Assembly: GCA_045589495.1 (NCBI GenBank)
Contig: JAZNPF010000041.1
Location: 6,649-70,648, forward strand
Origin: Clostridia bacterium
Lineage (GTDB): Bacteria > Bacillota > Clostridia > UMGS1810
Reading direction: 5' to 3'
DNA: 64,000 nucleotides
The notes beneath the pieces were generated by a model. That model was given only the letters and a program-made list of their open reading frames with translations. It was not told the DNA's origin and ran no database searches. A program made the position numbers and the translations under genes. Positions 38,679-49,225 of the stretch are shown here, piece after piece; position 1 is the first letter of the stretch, and each line of letters starts with the position of its first letter.

Positions 38679-39554
38679 CTATAAAAACAGTAATGTTCCT
38701 ATGAAGCATATTACAATAGTCAAAATTTGTCTTGCAGAAAGTTTTTCATTAAATACAATCATACCAGCAAAAGAAGTAAGAATTACAGATCCGCCCGTAA
38801 TAAACGGATAAAGAACTGAGGCAGGAAGAGTTATAGCACCTATAAGCTGTAACATATATGTAAGCCCATCAGCGAGCGAAGCAAACAGCATTATCCATAC
38901 AGTAGACTTTATTGGGAGTTTCGGTTCTTTTCCTATCCCAATTTTTTTAATGTTTACAAGCATAATTAACATACAAATTATGGCCTTGAACAACATAACA
39001 ATGAAAGCAAAATCTGTGGATGTCACAACCTCACTAACCGCACTTATCTGGTGTACCTTTGATGTAACACTCGAAATCCCGTTAAGCATAAATACCACTA
39101 TGCAAAATATAAGTTGTTTTATATCCGGCTTTTCTTTTCCCATGTTAGAAATTGCAATGGCAACTATAATTGCCGCAAGACCAATAGTGCGTAGAACCGT
39201 CAGTTCTTCATTTAAAAATATTACTCCAAAAATATATGGTACAGTCATACCACCAGACATAAGAAAAATGGTATAAAGAGACATACTACCTTTTTCCATT
39301 ATCTTGAATCCAATAAGTGTATACAATGTAATTACCGTAGCAAAAATTGCAGCCATTAAGCAAGAAAAAACTGTAAGTTTTATTTTAAAACCATTTATAA
39401 ATAAAAACAGAACAGCAGAGAAAAATCCTGTAAGTGCATTATAAGTTAACCCTGCTTTTACAGATGTTCCTGACGTTTTCTGGTACATTTTTTGAAAAAC
39501 AAAATTTGTAGCCAAGAATACATCCGCAATTAAAATAAGAATGTATGAATTCAT
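38679..39554 (-). CDS. DMT/EamA-like 10-TM transporter
   Basis: 291 aa, entirely hydrophobic helices with two-fold internal symmetry. Confidence 0.55.
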   Translation of the reverse strand: MNSYILILIADVFLATNFVFQKMYQKTSGTSVKAGLTYNALTGFFSAVLFLFINGFKIKLTVFSCLMAAIFATVITLYTLIGFKIMEKGSMSLYTIFLMSGGMTVPYIFGVIFLNEELTVLRTIGLAAIIVAIAISNMGKEKPDIKQLIFCIVVFMLNGISSVTSKVHQISAVSEVVTSTDFAFIVMLFKAIICMLIMLVNIKKIGIGKEPKLPIKSTVWIMLFASLADGLTYMLQLIGAITLPASVLYPFITGGSVILTSFAGMIVFNEKLSARQILTIVICFIGTLLFL

Positions 39555-39663
39555 ATTATTCTCCTTAAAACTATTTACGTTTTGTCAAATTAGAACTGTT
39601 TATATTTTTTATCTTCAGTCCTTATAGTCCCTTATATGACCTTGTACCTACGTAAGTGTCAAA

Positions 39664-41961
39664 TTAAAATATATCTGATTTTCTATACTCACCTGGTGAA
39701 ATCCCCACAATTGTATTGAACACTCTTGAGAATGTCCTAAAACTTGAAAAGCCAACTCTATCCGCAACTTCGCTCGCTTTGATATTTGTATTTTTAAGAA
39801 AATGCTTTGCGTGTTCAATCCGTACGTTACTGATATATTCAGAAAGAGCAATACCCGTTTCCTTTTTAAATACGGTTGAAACATAGTTCGCACTTACATT
39901 AAATTGCTCTGCTATAAATGCAACATTTAAGTTATGGTCATTATAACTCATTTGAACGAAATTCATAATTCCATCAGACAATCTGTCTTCATTTTTTGAT
40001 GAGGTTGATTTGGTTATATTACAAATTTGCTTAAAAACATTACATAATTCTTCCTCAATTGCCGCAATTGATTCATACGTATCAATCTTATCAAGCAAAT
40101 CTGTTTTTTCAAGACTAATACTCTTAGCAACATACTCATTATCGTGCACAACCTTAAAAATCGTTGCTACTATATCGAAAAACAAACATTTTGTTTTTAG
40201 AAAAGCAACATTTGAATTTTTAAAATTATTATTGAACACTTCTTTAAGAAGCATTGAAGCATCATCATAATTACCAAATAGCAAGTAATTGATTAGCCTT
40301 TGTTCAACCCCAGCAGAATAAAGATATGTTTCCTCTTCTGTCAAAGCCATTTCCTCCATATCAGCATAATTTAAGAAATTATTATTTATTATACGGCATA
40401 ATTGTATGAGTTCCGTTGCTTCGCGATAGCATACAGAAATATTTCTAAAATCTTCATAAACATTTGAAATCGCAACAGAAAATTTTACATTGGAAATAGA
40501 TTTTACCATGTTCTGTGAAGTTAACAGGCGTTCACTAAGTTCTTCCGTATCTTCACATCTTTCCAAAGACAGAATAATATTGATTTCATTGCCATTTTCA
40601 CAAAATGCAAATTCATATTTGTCTCTGATCAGATCCTGTATAACATTTTCAATAATTATCTTTGATAAACTGATGTTTTCTTCTGAATTATTCTCTTCAA
40701 AAAAAAGATTGCTGCAATCCTCTATTTTCATTGACACAACGCAAAAATAATTATTATTTATATTGATACCAAAATATTTCAGCTTTTGTTGAATGTCTGG
40801 TTGCAGTAATTCTTCGCCTTTCAGGACAGATGAAAGAAATGAATTTTTTGCAAGTTTTTTCTCTATTATCTGATATTGCGAATCATTTTTATATTCACTT
40901 ATAATTTTTGACACAACAGACGTAAGATACTGATACTCATCAAGCTCAGTATCGTATGCAAAATTCTGCGATAAAGTTTTGGTTATTTTTTTAATAGGTG
41001 TATAGTGCTTCTTTACACCATAATAAATAATCACGCCACCAATCAATACACACAAAAGCAAACTATATATGTAGTTACGACTGGTATCTTTTACTTTCCC
41101 TAAAAACACATCTTCTGATATGCAAGAAACATATTTCAAATTGCACTGGGTGAGTTGCTGAGAAATAAGCACTTTTTTCTGTCCATTGTAAACAATATTG
41201 ATTATGCTTTTATCGGGGGGTTCTTTAAGCGCTGAATTAACAGCAATAACAAACCCATCATTCTCGTTACACACAATTACCTGATTCTCTTCAGTGACAA
41301 GACAAAGCACATTACTTTCGTTGCTTTCAGATAACAGAAAATCTTTTTTAAATTCAACAATTATATTTGCCAGAAGATTATCATCGTCACCTATATCCAT
41401 ATATGAAAGTATATAGAATACGCTTCCATCACCCGCTTTATTAGGCACTGGCTGAACAACCAATTCTCCATAATACCTTTTTGTCATAAATTTATACCAA
41501 TCATCAAAACTCTTAAATTTTTGACTGTAATGAGCATTATAAAAATTATTTAAATTTCCCGTGCCGTTCTGACCAACATAATAATCAATATTTTTATACA
41601 CAACAAACACATTCTCTATATAAAAATCAAAACCACCGTAAATATATGACCTGTCAGTAGATAATTTATATCGTTGTTCATTTGTAAGTGTTCCATCAAG
41701 CAAAGACGCATCACGGAACTCTTCATTAAAAAATATTGTATTTACCATCTCAACCACATTGGAAATGGTCGCATCAACATTTCTCACACGCCCGTTAAGA
41801 TATTCAGCGTTATAATTGCTGATTTCTTCAACCAAAGAATTTTGAATACTTACATAATTAATGCGATTGACAATATATGGAACAATTAAAACAAGAATAT
41901 ACGAGATCAAAAGACTTACAATGATTTTTTTGTTTCTTATTTTTGGGATAAAAATATTCAT
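39664..41961 (-). CDS. Membrane-anchored AraC-family one-component regulator (765 aa)
   Basis: N-terminal TM helix, an extracytoplasmic region of about 270 aa, a second TM helix (IYSLLLCVLIGGVIIYYGV), a cytoplasmic linker and a C-terminal double HTH (FIAEQFNVSANYVSTVFKK...VGFSSFRTFSRVF). Confidence 0.75.
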   Translation of the reverse strand: MNIFIPKIRNKKIIVSLLISYILVLIVPYIVNRINYVSIQNSLVEEISNYNAEYLNGRVRNVDATISNVVEMVNTIFFNEEFRDASLLDGTLTNEQRYKLSTDRSYIYGGFDFYIENVFVVYKNIDYYVGQNGTGNLNNFYNAHYSQKFKSFDDWYKFMTKRYYGELVVQPVPNKAGDGSVFYILSYMDIGDDDNLLANIIVEFKKDFLLSESNESNVLCLVTEENQVIVCNENDGFVIAVNSALKEPPDKSIINIVYNGQKKVLISQQLTQCNLKYVSCISEDVFLGKVKDTSRNYIYSLLLCVLIGGVIIYYGVKKHYTPIKKITKTLSQNFAYDTELDEYQYLTSVVSKIISEYKNDSQYQIIEKKLAKNSFLSSVLKGEELLQPDIQQKLKYFGININNNYFCVVSMKIEDCSNLFFEENNSEENISLSKIIIENVIQDLIRDKYEFAFCENGNEINIILSLERCEDTEELSERLLTSQNMVKSISNVKFSVAISNVYEDFRNISVCYREATELIQLCRIINNNFLNYADMEEMALTEEETYLYSAGVEQRLINYLLFGNYDDASMLLKEVFNNNFKNSNVAFLKTKCLFFDIVATIFKVVHDNEYVAKSISLEKTDLLDKIDTYESIAAIEEELCNVFKQICNITKSTSSKNEDRLSDGIMNFVQMSYNDHNLNVAFIAEQFNVSANYVSTVFKKETGIALSEYISNVRIEHAKHFLKNTNIKASEVADRVGFSSFRTFSRVFNTIVGISPGEYRKSDIF

Positions 41962-42067
41962 TGTTAATCCCTCCTCGGCAATATTTAATAATTTATCTCA
42001 CATTAAATTTTATATTCTTTAATCCATTATTGTCAACCGCTAAAACTTGGTGGATTAATGTCTATGT

Positions 42068-43432
42068 TTATTTATACATCGTAAGATAATGTGATGTAGC
42101 AGCGACCATTCTGTCAAACAATTCGCGTGCTTTTTCACGATTAAGACGAACAAGCGGATCATTAACAAATGCAAGGAATGCTTTATCAAGATTACGTTCT
42201 TCTATAGCTTCCATAAGTAACTGCTGGTTACCACTCTCACGGCTTATAAGAGGATAAATACTCTTAGGAATATCTCCCGCAACAACAGGAATAACTGAAT
42301 TTGCGCTGAAAATTGAATTGGTTTCTACAACTGCGCCTTTTGGCAAGTTTGTAATTTGACCTCTGTTGGGAATATTTACATTTGTAATCAAGTCGCCAAG
42401 ACCTAAGATAGCACGCATCTGCTTAACGCCTTCTTCACCTGTGGGGCTGAGATCAACTTTTTCCTCTCCTCTAACCAGTTTCTCACTCAATTCGAGACGG
42501 CCTTTAAGATACTCTTTTCTCCAACTTACAGGAGTAAGACCAAATCCCCATTTAAGAACTGTTTCGGGATCTTTCAGATACCAGTCTCCGGGGCAGAACT
42601 CTGCCAAATGTCTGTCACCCGCAGCCGCTATGTATCCATATTTCATAAACAAATCAAGTTTAACACGCTCTAACTGACGCCAGCAGTTATTAAGATGATT
42701 TGATTCGTGCTTAAAGTTATAGCCGTTTTCATAGTGCATATCGGCAAATTCCTTATATACGGGATAAATATCAATATTCTCATAACGAGCCGCAGTAATC
42801 CAAGTGAAATGATTAATACCTGTGAGTTCAATTTTAATGTCATCACGGCTTTCTGTATCAATATCTTTTATCTCTTTAAGTGCTTTTCTTAAAATATCTT
42901 TAACTTCATAAACCTCGTGACAGCATCCGTATGCTTTAATCTGCGGGAAAGCGTGATAAAGTGCATCTACAGAAAGAGTCATAGGATTTGTATAGTTAAT
43001 TACCCATGCATCCGGACAATAATCACGGACAGCATACGCAATCTCTTCCATCATAGGTACTGTTCTTAAAGCACGAATAATACCGCCGGGACCTACAGAA
43101 TCACCAACTGACTGGTAAATGCCATATTCTTCGGGCAAATGTACATCGTATTCCATTTCATCGAATGTACCCGGTAAAATTGAGATTACAACAAAATCAG
43201 CATCTTTCATTGCTTCGCCAATAGTTTCTACGGCCTTGTATTCCCATTTTTCTCTTTCAATACTGTTACCAATGATTTCGTTATTCTTAGCAGCAGGGAA
43301 ATCTATATCATAAAGATATACCTTACCACTCATATCTGTGGTTTTAGAAAGGTCGGACATAAGTGTCCACGCCCATATACGGCTACCACCGCCGATATAT
43401 GCGATTTTCAAATTTTTTGCATCCATTGCCAT
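42068..43432 (-). CDS. GH4 family glycosidase (LplD / alpha-galacturonidase-like, NAD- and Mn-dependent)
   Basis: N-terminal Rossmann KIAYIGGGSRIWA plus the motifs INYTNPM and GCCHE. The 454 aa size is typical of GH4. Confidence 0.75.
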   Translation of the reverse strand: MAMDAKNLKIAYIGGGSRIWAWTLMSDLSKTTDMSGKVYLYDIDFPAAKNNEIIGNSIEREKWEYKAVETIGEAMKDADFVVISILPGTFDEMEYDVHLPEEYGIYQSVGDSVGPGGIIRALRTVPMMEEIAYAVRDYCPDAWVINYTNPMTLSVDALYHAFPQIKAYGCCHEVYEVKDILRKALKEIKDIDTESRDDIKIELTGINHFTWITAARYENIDIYPVYKEFADMHYENGYNFKHESNHLNNCWRQLERVKLDLFMKYGYIAAAGDRHLAEFCPGDWYLKDPETVLKWGFGLTPVSWRKEYLKGRLELSEKLVRGEEKVDLSPTGEEGVKQMRAILGLGDLITNVNIPNRGQITNLPKGAVVETNSIFSANSVIPVVAGDIPKSIYPLISRESGNQQLLMEAIEERNLDKAFLAFVNDPLVRLNREKARELFDRMVAATSHYLTMYK

Positions 43433-43537
43433 AACTACTCCTCCTATTTAATAGATACTTATATTTTATATGCTATCACAAAATAATAGTGCAGTCCACC
43501 AAAGTTTTGGCACAATTAAGATAATAGCACTGAAATA

Positions 43538-43565
43538 TTGACATTTTTAGTATTTGTGATAAAAT
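43538..43565 (+). promoter_or_regulatory. Sigma-A promoter with extended -10 for the AraC gene
   Basis: TTGACA (43538-43543), a 16 nt spacer containing TGA, then TAAAAT (43560-43565). Confidence 0.5.
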
Positions 43566-43587
43566 ATATAGTTAAGAGGTGAAAAAA

Positions 43588-44427
43588 ATGGAAAACTCTC
43601 ATCAAATAGAAAACTTACATGGTGGAATTATTGTTGAACACACGAAATCAGATGCACTAAACGAAGAACCGCAGGTTCATCTTCATAATTATCACGAATT
43701 GTACTTCCTTCTTTCTGGTGCGAGGCAATACTTTATCGAGCACACTATATACAATGTTGAACCGGGCGAGCTTGTGATTGTTCCGAAAAACCACCTGCAT
43801 TGTACCACAAAGCACTTATCCGCAGGATATGATCGTTATCTGATTTATTGCTCGGACGAATTTATAAAACCCGTAAAAGCATTATCAGCCAGTGATGAAT
43901 TTGATAAGATTTTTAACAGCGGATGCATATCATTCTCTGTGTCCCAAAGCGAAAAAATCAAATCACTTATAATATCAATGGAACAGGAACTTAAATCCAA
44001 TGACTCTTATTCACGATTAATTGTTGCAGGAAAACTGAACGAAATAATTTCATATACATTACGTCACGGCAAGCCAAAACTTTATGAATCGGAAAAAACC
44101 GCATTAAGAATACAGAAAGTTGCAAGATACATAAGCGAAAATTACACGGAAGCCATTACGCTAAAAGATGCCGCCCAGAGGGCATATATGGACAGTTCTT
44201 ATTTTTCACGCCAATTCAAAAAACTAACAGGATTGGGCTTTATAGAATATCTTACGGAAATCAGAATAAAAAAAGCAACAGAACTTGTGGACAACACCAC
44301 ATTGTCTGTAAATCAAATCGCTGAACAATGCGGTTTTTCTAGTGCAAATTATTTTCGGGATGTATTCAGAAAACACTACAATATTTCACCCCTTGAATAC
44401 AGAAAAAAGGTTTCTCCCACAAAGTGA
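43588..44427 (+). CDS. AraC-family regulator (cupin plus HTH)
   Basis: N-terminal cupin (HLHNYHELYFLLSG) and a C-terminal AraC double HTH (GFSSANYFRDVFRKHY). Confidence 0.85.
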   Translation: MENSHQIENLHGGIIVEHTKSDALNEEPQVHLHNYHELYFLLSGARQYFIEHTIYNVEPGELVIVPKNHLHCTTKHLSAGYDRYLIYCSDEFIKPVKALSASDEFDKIFNSGCISFSVSQSEKIKSLIISMEQELKSNDSYSRLIVAGKLNEIISYTLRHGKPKLYESEKTALRIQKVARYISENYTEAITLKDAAQRAYMDSSYFSRQFKKLTGLGFIEYLTEIRIKKATELVDNTTLSVNQIAEQCGFSSANYFRDVFRKHYNISPLEYRKKVSPTK

Positions 44428-44440
44428 GAGAAACCTTTTT

Positions 44441-45910
44441 TTATTCTGCTATACCAGATGCATATCCAGTATATTCATACATAAAATCCTCGGCAGTTTT
44501 TATCATAAACACTCCGAGTTCATCACCCTTAAATGCAAAGTGCATATGAAGTATTCCCAGATATTTATCTATGATCTGTACTTTAATCAAGAAAGTCTTT
44601 TCGTCAATCCACGCAGCAGATGTTGCGCTGTCATACTTAATATCGGAGGCAACAGTTCCAACTTCATCAGCATATCCCCATTGAGGGAATTTACCGAACA
44701 CATTTTTACCTATCCCAAAAGGAAGTTCCTTATATCCCTGCTCGTTGGTATAGCACATAGTTCCCTCGTCGTCATTGAGCACGAACTTTATATTTTCGAT
44801 ACCCATAGGGTTTTTGTCCATAATGTAATTTCTGCCGTTTATCGTATCCGCTACGGGAGAAGTTTTTTCACCTATTGCAACTGCGAGCTTAAGATCTGAT
44901 ATATACTCGGAAAGTTCATCTTGCGCCGCTGTATCTTTAGGTAACTCACCGTCGGACACCTTACGGATTATCATGTCAAAAAGGTTATCCATAACAATCT
45001 TCGGTGCATAATCCTTACCCTGATTTTCTGCATTGTATATGAACACTATATCTTTATCGGGTACGCATACGGCAAACTGACATCCCATACCGTCAAACAT
45101 AAATGAATTATCGTATGTACGCCATATCTGATAGCCATATCCCTGCTGATTGTATTCGCAGTCATTCATATAGGCGGTTTCTATCTGCTTTGATGTGGCA
45201 GCGGTTACATATTCTTCATTGAGAATCTGCTCTCCGTTCCACTTGCCCTTATTCATCATAAATTTAGCGACACGGAGAAGATCACGAGCAGTACACAGCA
45301 ATGATGAATCACCCCACGTATGACCTCCAGGGCATTTCAGCATTTGTACATTTTCAGATACACCGATTTTATCAAACAATTTTTCTCTGAGATATTGAAG
45401 CAGTGTCTTGCCGGTTACTCTCTCCACCATAGTTCCAAGTATAAAAGAGCCCGTGCTGTCATACTGAAACAGTGTGCCGGCAGGTCTTGACTGCTCTGTC
45501 GGGTTCTCAAAATAATATCTTACTCTGTCATCGGGTTTATCATTGAACCAATATCGTTCCAGTTTAGCCGTACTCATCATAAGCATATTTCGGATTGTCT
45601 GACGGCGCATATTCTTATCGTTCTGTGCCTTCATCTCTTCGGGAAAATATTTACCGATCTCATCATCAAGATTGATTTTACCGTCCTGCTCCAAAAACCC
45701 AACAGCAATAGCCACAAAACTTTTTGTAACAGAATACATTCTGTGATTAAAATCCTTATTAAAGGGCTTCCAATATGCTTCGCATACCACATTATCTCCA
45801 CGCATAAGAATCATATCATGTGTGGCAAGGCGAGAGCTTTCAAGTTTCTGCATATACATTAGTATATCCTTTGAGCTGATGCCCATTTTCTCAGGTGTTG
45901 TATAATTCAT
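44441..45910 (-). CDS. Serine hydrolase, beta-lactamase/esterase fold
   Basis: SxxK motif in MYSVTKSF and a beta-lactamase-fold length N-domain, with an extra C-terminal beta-rich domain. Confidence 0.65.
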   Translation of the reverse strand: MNYTTPEKMGISSKDILMYMQKLESSRLATHDMILMRGDNVVCEAYWKPFNKDFNHRMYSVTKSFVAIAVGFLEQDGKINLDDEIGKYFPEEMKAQNDKNMRRQTIRNMLMMSTAKLERYWFNDKPDDRVRYYFENPTEQSRPAGTLFQYDSTGSFILGTMVERVTGKTLLQYLREKLFDKIGVSENVQMLKCPGGHTWGDSSLLCTARDLLRVAKFMMNKGKWNGEQILNEEYVTAATSKQIETAYMNDCEYNQQGYGYQIWRTYDNSFMFDGMGCQFAVCVPDKDIVFIYNAENQGKDYAPKIVMDNLFDMIIRKVSDGELPKDTAAQDELSEYISDLKLAVAIGEKTSPVADTINGRNYIMDKNPMGIENIKFVLNDDEGTMCYTNEQGYKELPFGIGKNVFGKFPQWGYADEVGTVASDIKYDSATSAAWIDEKTFLIKVQIIDKYLGILHMHFAFKGDELGVFMIKTAEDFMYEYTGYASGIAE

Positions 45911-45942
45911 TTCTATCTCTCCTTATATGTTTTATTTTACAC

Positions 45943-46971
45943 TTACTCGCCTGACGGTGGAGTATATTCCACATCTGCCTTAACAGGAACTCCTACGTGA
46001 GGAAATCCCGTTTCATCAAAGAATACTTTCTGGCAATGACAATATCTATCCATAGGTTCTGCCTCGGGATCAGATTTTTTCAGGCAATGATGACAAATCC
46101 AAAGTTCTGTTTTGTCAGGTGAGTAGAAAAATGTAGCATGCCCCGGACCATAGTTACCATTACCTTTTGTCATAAAAGGCACGCTGTATTTAATCCACGA
46201 ATCCGCTGACATAATGTCATCGCCTACAAATTCTAAAATTCCCAACACATAGTCATCGCTCCAGCATCCATTGCCGGAATAGACAATAAACAATCTATCG
46301 TCTTTTTCTATAAAATACGAACCCTCGTTTATAATGAACCCTTTATCATACGGAGGAACAAGTTCCCAGTCATATTGTGGTTCAGCGATTATTTCATATG
46401 CGCCAATCGGTTCAACAGGACTTTTAAGTTCCTGAATGACAACTGCCTGGCCATGATCATCTACAACGGAATAACTGATATAAAGTTTATTATTCTTTTT
46501 ATCCTGATAAATTGTAGGATCTATGGCGTACAAATCAGGATTAATATGAGCAGCCAGTTCAAAACCATCAAAGGGATCCTCTGTTTTTGCTCTTAAGCAT
46601 ATTACATGCTTCGTACCATCAGTTTCACTCCTGCAAGTGCTTGTATATATATACCACATTCCGTCTATAAAGTGCATCTCAGGAGCCCAGAAATATCCAT
46701 AGGTATTGTCCTCTGCATTTGCTTCATAGACTACGTTAGACTCTCCAGTAAAAATATCGGCAAGTTTTTCTGAACGGTGCATGATGATTTTCATACTTTT
46801 ACAATCCGCACCTGTGGTATGTATAGCATAATAGCAGTTATGTTTATCAGAAAAAACAATGCATGGGTCCGGTGTGTTGTATTCTCTTGTGAGCGGGTTT
46901 TTATAACCACTTGGATGTCTCTGATATTCAAATTTATAATTTTCGTTTTTTCTCACTGTTTTAAACCTCAC
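45943..46971 (-). CDS. GH43 family glycoside hydrolase
   Basis: NTPDPCIVF (catalytic Asp block), FWAPEMHFIDGMWYIY, IDPTIYQD and INEGSYFIEKDDRLFIVYSG (catalytic Glu block). Confidence 0.8.
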   Translation of the reverse strand: MRFKTVRKNENYKFEYQRHPSGYKNPLTREYNTPDPCIVFSDKHNCYYAIHTTGADCKSMKIIMHRSEKLADIFTGESNVVYEANAEDNTYGYFWAPEMHFIDGMWYIYTSTCRSETDGTKHVICLRAKTEDPFDGFELAAHINPDLYAIDPTIYQDKKNNKLYISYSVVDDHGQAVVIQELKSPVEPIGAYEIIAEPQYDWELVPPYDKGFIINEGSYFIEKDDRLFIVYSGNGCWSDDYVLGILEFVGDDIMSADSWIKYSVPFMTKGNGNYGPGHATFFYSPDKTELWICHHCLKKSDPEAEPMDRYCHCQKVFFDETGFPHVGVPVKADVEYTPPSGE

Positions 46972-47072
46972 AAAATTTAAAGTTTCTGTAATGTAACCGT
47001 TTTCATATACAAAACCACAGATTTCTCATCATAACGTCGTAGTAAGAATTTTAGAAAAAATTTAATTTATGT

Positions 47073-47098
47073 CCATAGCATTGAATAAATGCTATGGG
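47073..47098 (-). terminator. Stem-loop downstream of the SGNH gene
   Basis: CCATAGCATT / AATGCTATGG stem with loop GAATAA. The minus-strand downstream sequence is A/T-rich. Confidence 0.5.
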
Positions 47099-47106
47099 CT
47101 TGCAAC

Positions 47107-48150
47107 TTATAATTCTATTTTTTCTATAACGGTGCTTAAAGCTGCCGCCATTGCAGCAAACCCGTAATCAGTAGGGTGAATACCATCTACAGTTCCCTCG
47201 TTACCACACAGTGAAGTAAGTTGAGTACCATTTATGATATAAACATTTTTGTCTCCCATCATTACTGCTTTATTATAAGTTGATTCAATAATTTTCAATC
47301 GTTCTTTTTCATCATCGTTCAAATTTAATTTTGGTCTGGACATCATTATTATAGGCAATTGAGGATGAGCATTTCTTATTTCGTTGAACATCCTTTCGTG
47401 TGTCTTCCGGAGATGCTCAACCGTTGGCGCATTATAATCATAATCGTAAACAAAAACAGACATATCCAGGTCTTTTATATATTCGGAAATTTCAACTTCT
47501 GCTTTGGCGTTACCGGAAAATCCAAGATTTATATGATCTATATTGAACTGACGCGATATGTAGGCCTGGTAACATGTACCGGGACGGGAAGCACACCCCC
47601 CCTGTGTAATCGATGAGCCGTAATATACAATTGGTGCAACATCTCTGTATGGAGTAAGTTCCTCTATCTTTGCACCATCTTCAAGTCCGATATATAATTT
47701 GCAGACATCACTGTACAGAGGAAAATCTATTAGAATCTCTCTCATTTCGTTAGTCTCAAGCTCAACAACGCTTTCAAAACCGTCTTCAATATCAAACGGT
47801 GGCTCGAATGTACCGGAATACACATTATCTGCATACAGGTCAAAACCTGCAGAACCCACAAGTGCAAAATGTGGCATCTTACCAAGATTCTCCATACATG
47901 CCTTGATAGCTACATAAGAACTGTTTGTTTTGAAACAAACTCGTCCACCCGCTGTATTGGCATGAAGTTCATAAACGCCCTCGCTTACAGATGCAGCAAC
48001 TTTCTCCGGCAAACGGCGAAATTTACCGACCTCATAAATCAAACCATAGATTTTAAAAGGTTCACTAAGCACATCATAAAACTTGATATTATCTTTCTCT
48101 ATGTTAGTCTCAACCTTAAAATTAACATCAATATCTGATATATTTTTCAT
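47107..48150 (-). CDS. SGNH hydrolase with N-terminal beta-sandwich domain
   Basis: Blocks IVYYGSSITQGG, GFSGNAK and DGIHPTDYG. Confidence 0.7.
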   Translation of the reverse strand: MKNISDIDVNFKVETNIEKDNIKFYDVLSEPFKIYGLIYEVGKFRRLPEKVAASVSEGVYELHANTAGGRVCFKTNSSYVAIKACMENLGKMPHFALVGSAGFDLYADNVYSGTFEPPFDIEDGFESVVELETNEMREILIDFPLYSDVCKLYIGLEDGAKIEELTPYRDVAPIVYYGSSITQGGCASRPGTCYQAYISRQFNIDHINLGFSGNAKAEVEISEYIKDLDMSVFVYDYDYNAPTVEHLRKTHERMFNEIRNAHPQLPIIMMSRPKLNLNDDEKERLKIIESTYNKAVMMGDKNVYIINGTQLTSLCGNEGTVDGIHPTDYGFAAMAAALSTVIEKIEL

Positions 48151-48171
48151 TTCAATCTTACTCCTTAATAC

Positions 48172-49209
48172 TCATTTCAAGTACTCAATTTTTTCTGCTT
48201 TTCCACTTGCTGCAGATGCGATAATCGCTTCACAAACAGCAACAGTTGCAGCACCTTCTGCACCAGGAATATCAAGTGGCTTTCTATCAAGAAGCACATC
48301 CACAAAGTCATTAACTTCTGCGCTTACGTTATGGTTATTGATTTCAATCGGGACTTTAATTGCAATTTCTTTCATATGTATTCCCAAGAATTCTTTTTTA
48401 CCCTCAAATTCGTCCATATAAAGCGACAAAGCAGGACTTGTATTATCTGTGATAATTGTTCCTTTTGTTCCGTAAAGAATTGTACGCATAGTATAGTCAC
48501 GTTTACATCCTGTAGAAACGAATACTTTACCCATTACATCGTTAGGAAATTTAAGAACTGTAATAGCAGTATCATCACATGGCCATGTATCATTCAAAAC
48601 CTTTTTGTTTGTATATGCGAATGCTTCAATAGGATTACCTGCAATCCAGCGAAGAAGGTCAACTGCGTGGCAGCCACCGCCGGTTACAGGATGGCGGGGA
48701 TTATTTTTATCATTACGCCAATGCAACTCCATATCAGAATAATCATGAGCATATTCGGACTCAACGAACAGCAATTCACCGATAAGGCCCTGATCTATAA
48801 TCTCTTTCGCCTTAATAAAACCGGGGGTTTTACGGCAAACCTGACCAACCATAAGTTTTGCATTGCTTGTCTTTTCTGCTTCAAGCATTGCAGCACAGTC
48901 ATCAGAATTAAGCGCAAGCGGCTTTTCGCATAAAACGTGAATGTCTGCTTTCAAAAAGTCAACTACCATTTCGCGGTGCGCCTGATCGGGTGTAGCGATA
49001 CAAACTGCATCCACAATATTCTTATTCAAGAGATCGTGATAATCGCTGTAACGGTCTTTTACACCATATTTGTCTGATACTTCATTTAAAACTTTTTCGT
49101 CATTATCGCATAATGCGACCAGTTCAGCGTCAACATTATCTATAATGCCTCGCATATGATACTGACCTATTCCTTTTACTCCTACTACTGCAAATTTAAT
49201 TTTTTTCAT
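48172..49209 (-). CDS. Gfo/Idh/MocA-family NAD(P)-dependent oxidoreductase
   Basis: KFAVVGVKGIGQYH Rossmann N-terminus and the EKPLAL motif. Confidence 0.8.
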   Translation of the reverse strand: MKKIKFAVVGVKGIGQYHMRGIIDNVDAELVALCDNDEKVLNEVSDKYGVKDRYSDYHDLLNKNIVDAVCIATPDQAHREMVVDFLKADIHVLCEKPLALNSDDCAAMLEAEKTSNAKLMVGQVCRKTPGFIKAKEIIDQGLIGELLFVESEYAHDYSDMELHWRNDKNNPRHPVTGGGCHAVDLLRWIAGNPIEAFAYTNKKVLNDTWPCDDTAITVLKFPNDVMGKVFVSTGCKRDYTMRTILYGTKGTIITDNTSPALSLYMDEFEGKKEFLGIHMKEIAIKVPIEINNHNVSAEVNDFVDVLLDRKPLDIPGAEGAATVAVCEAIIASAASGKAEKIEYLK

Positions 49210-49225
49210 TGTAATTTCTCCTTTA

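Noticed and set aside
39648-39893. 81-aa minus-strand ORF overlapping the 3' end of the 765-aa AraC gene
   Set aside because: It is out of frame within the AraC HTH-coding region, which has clear motifs, and it has no independent signals.
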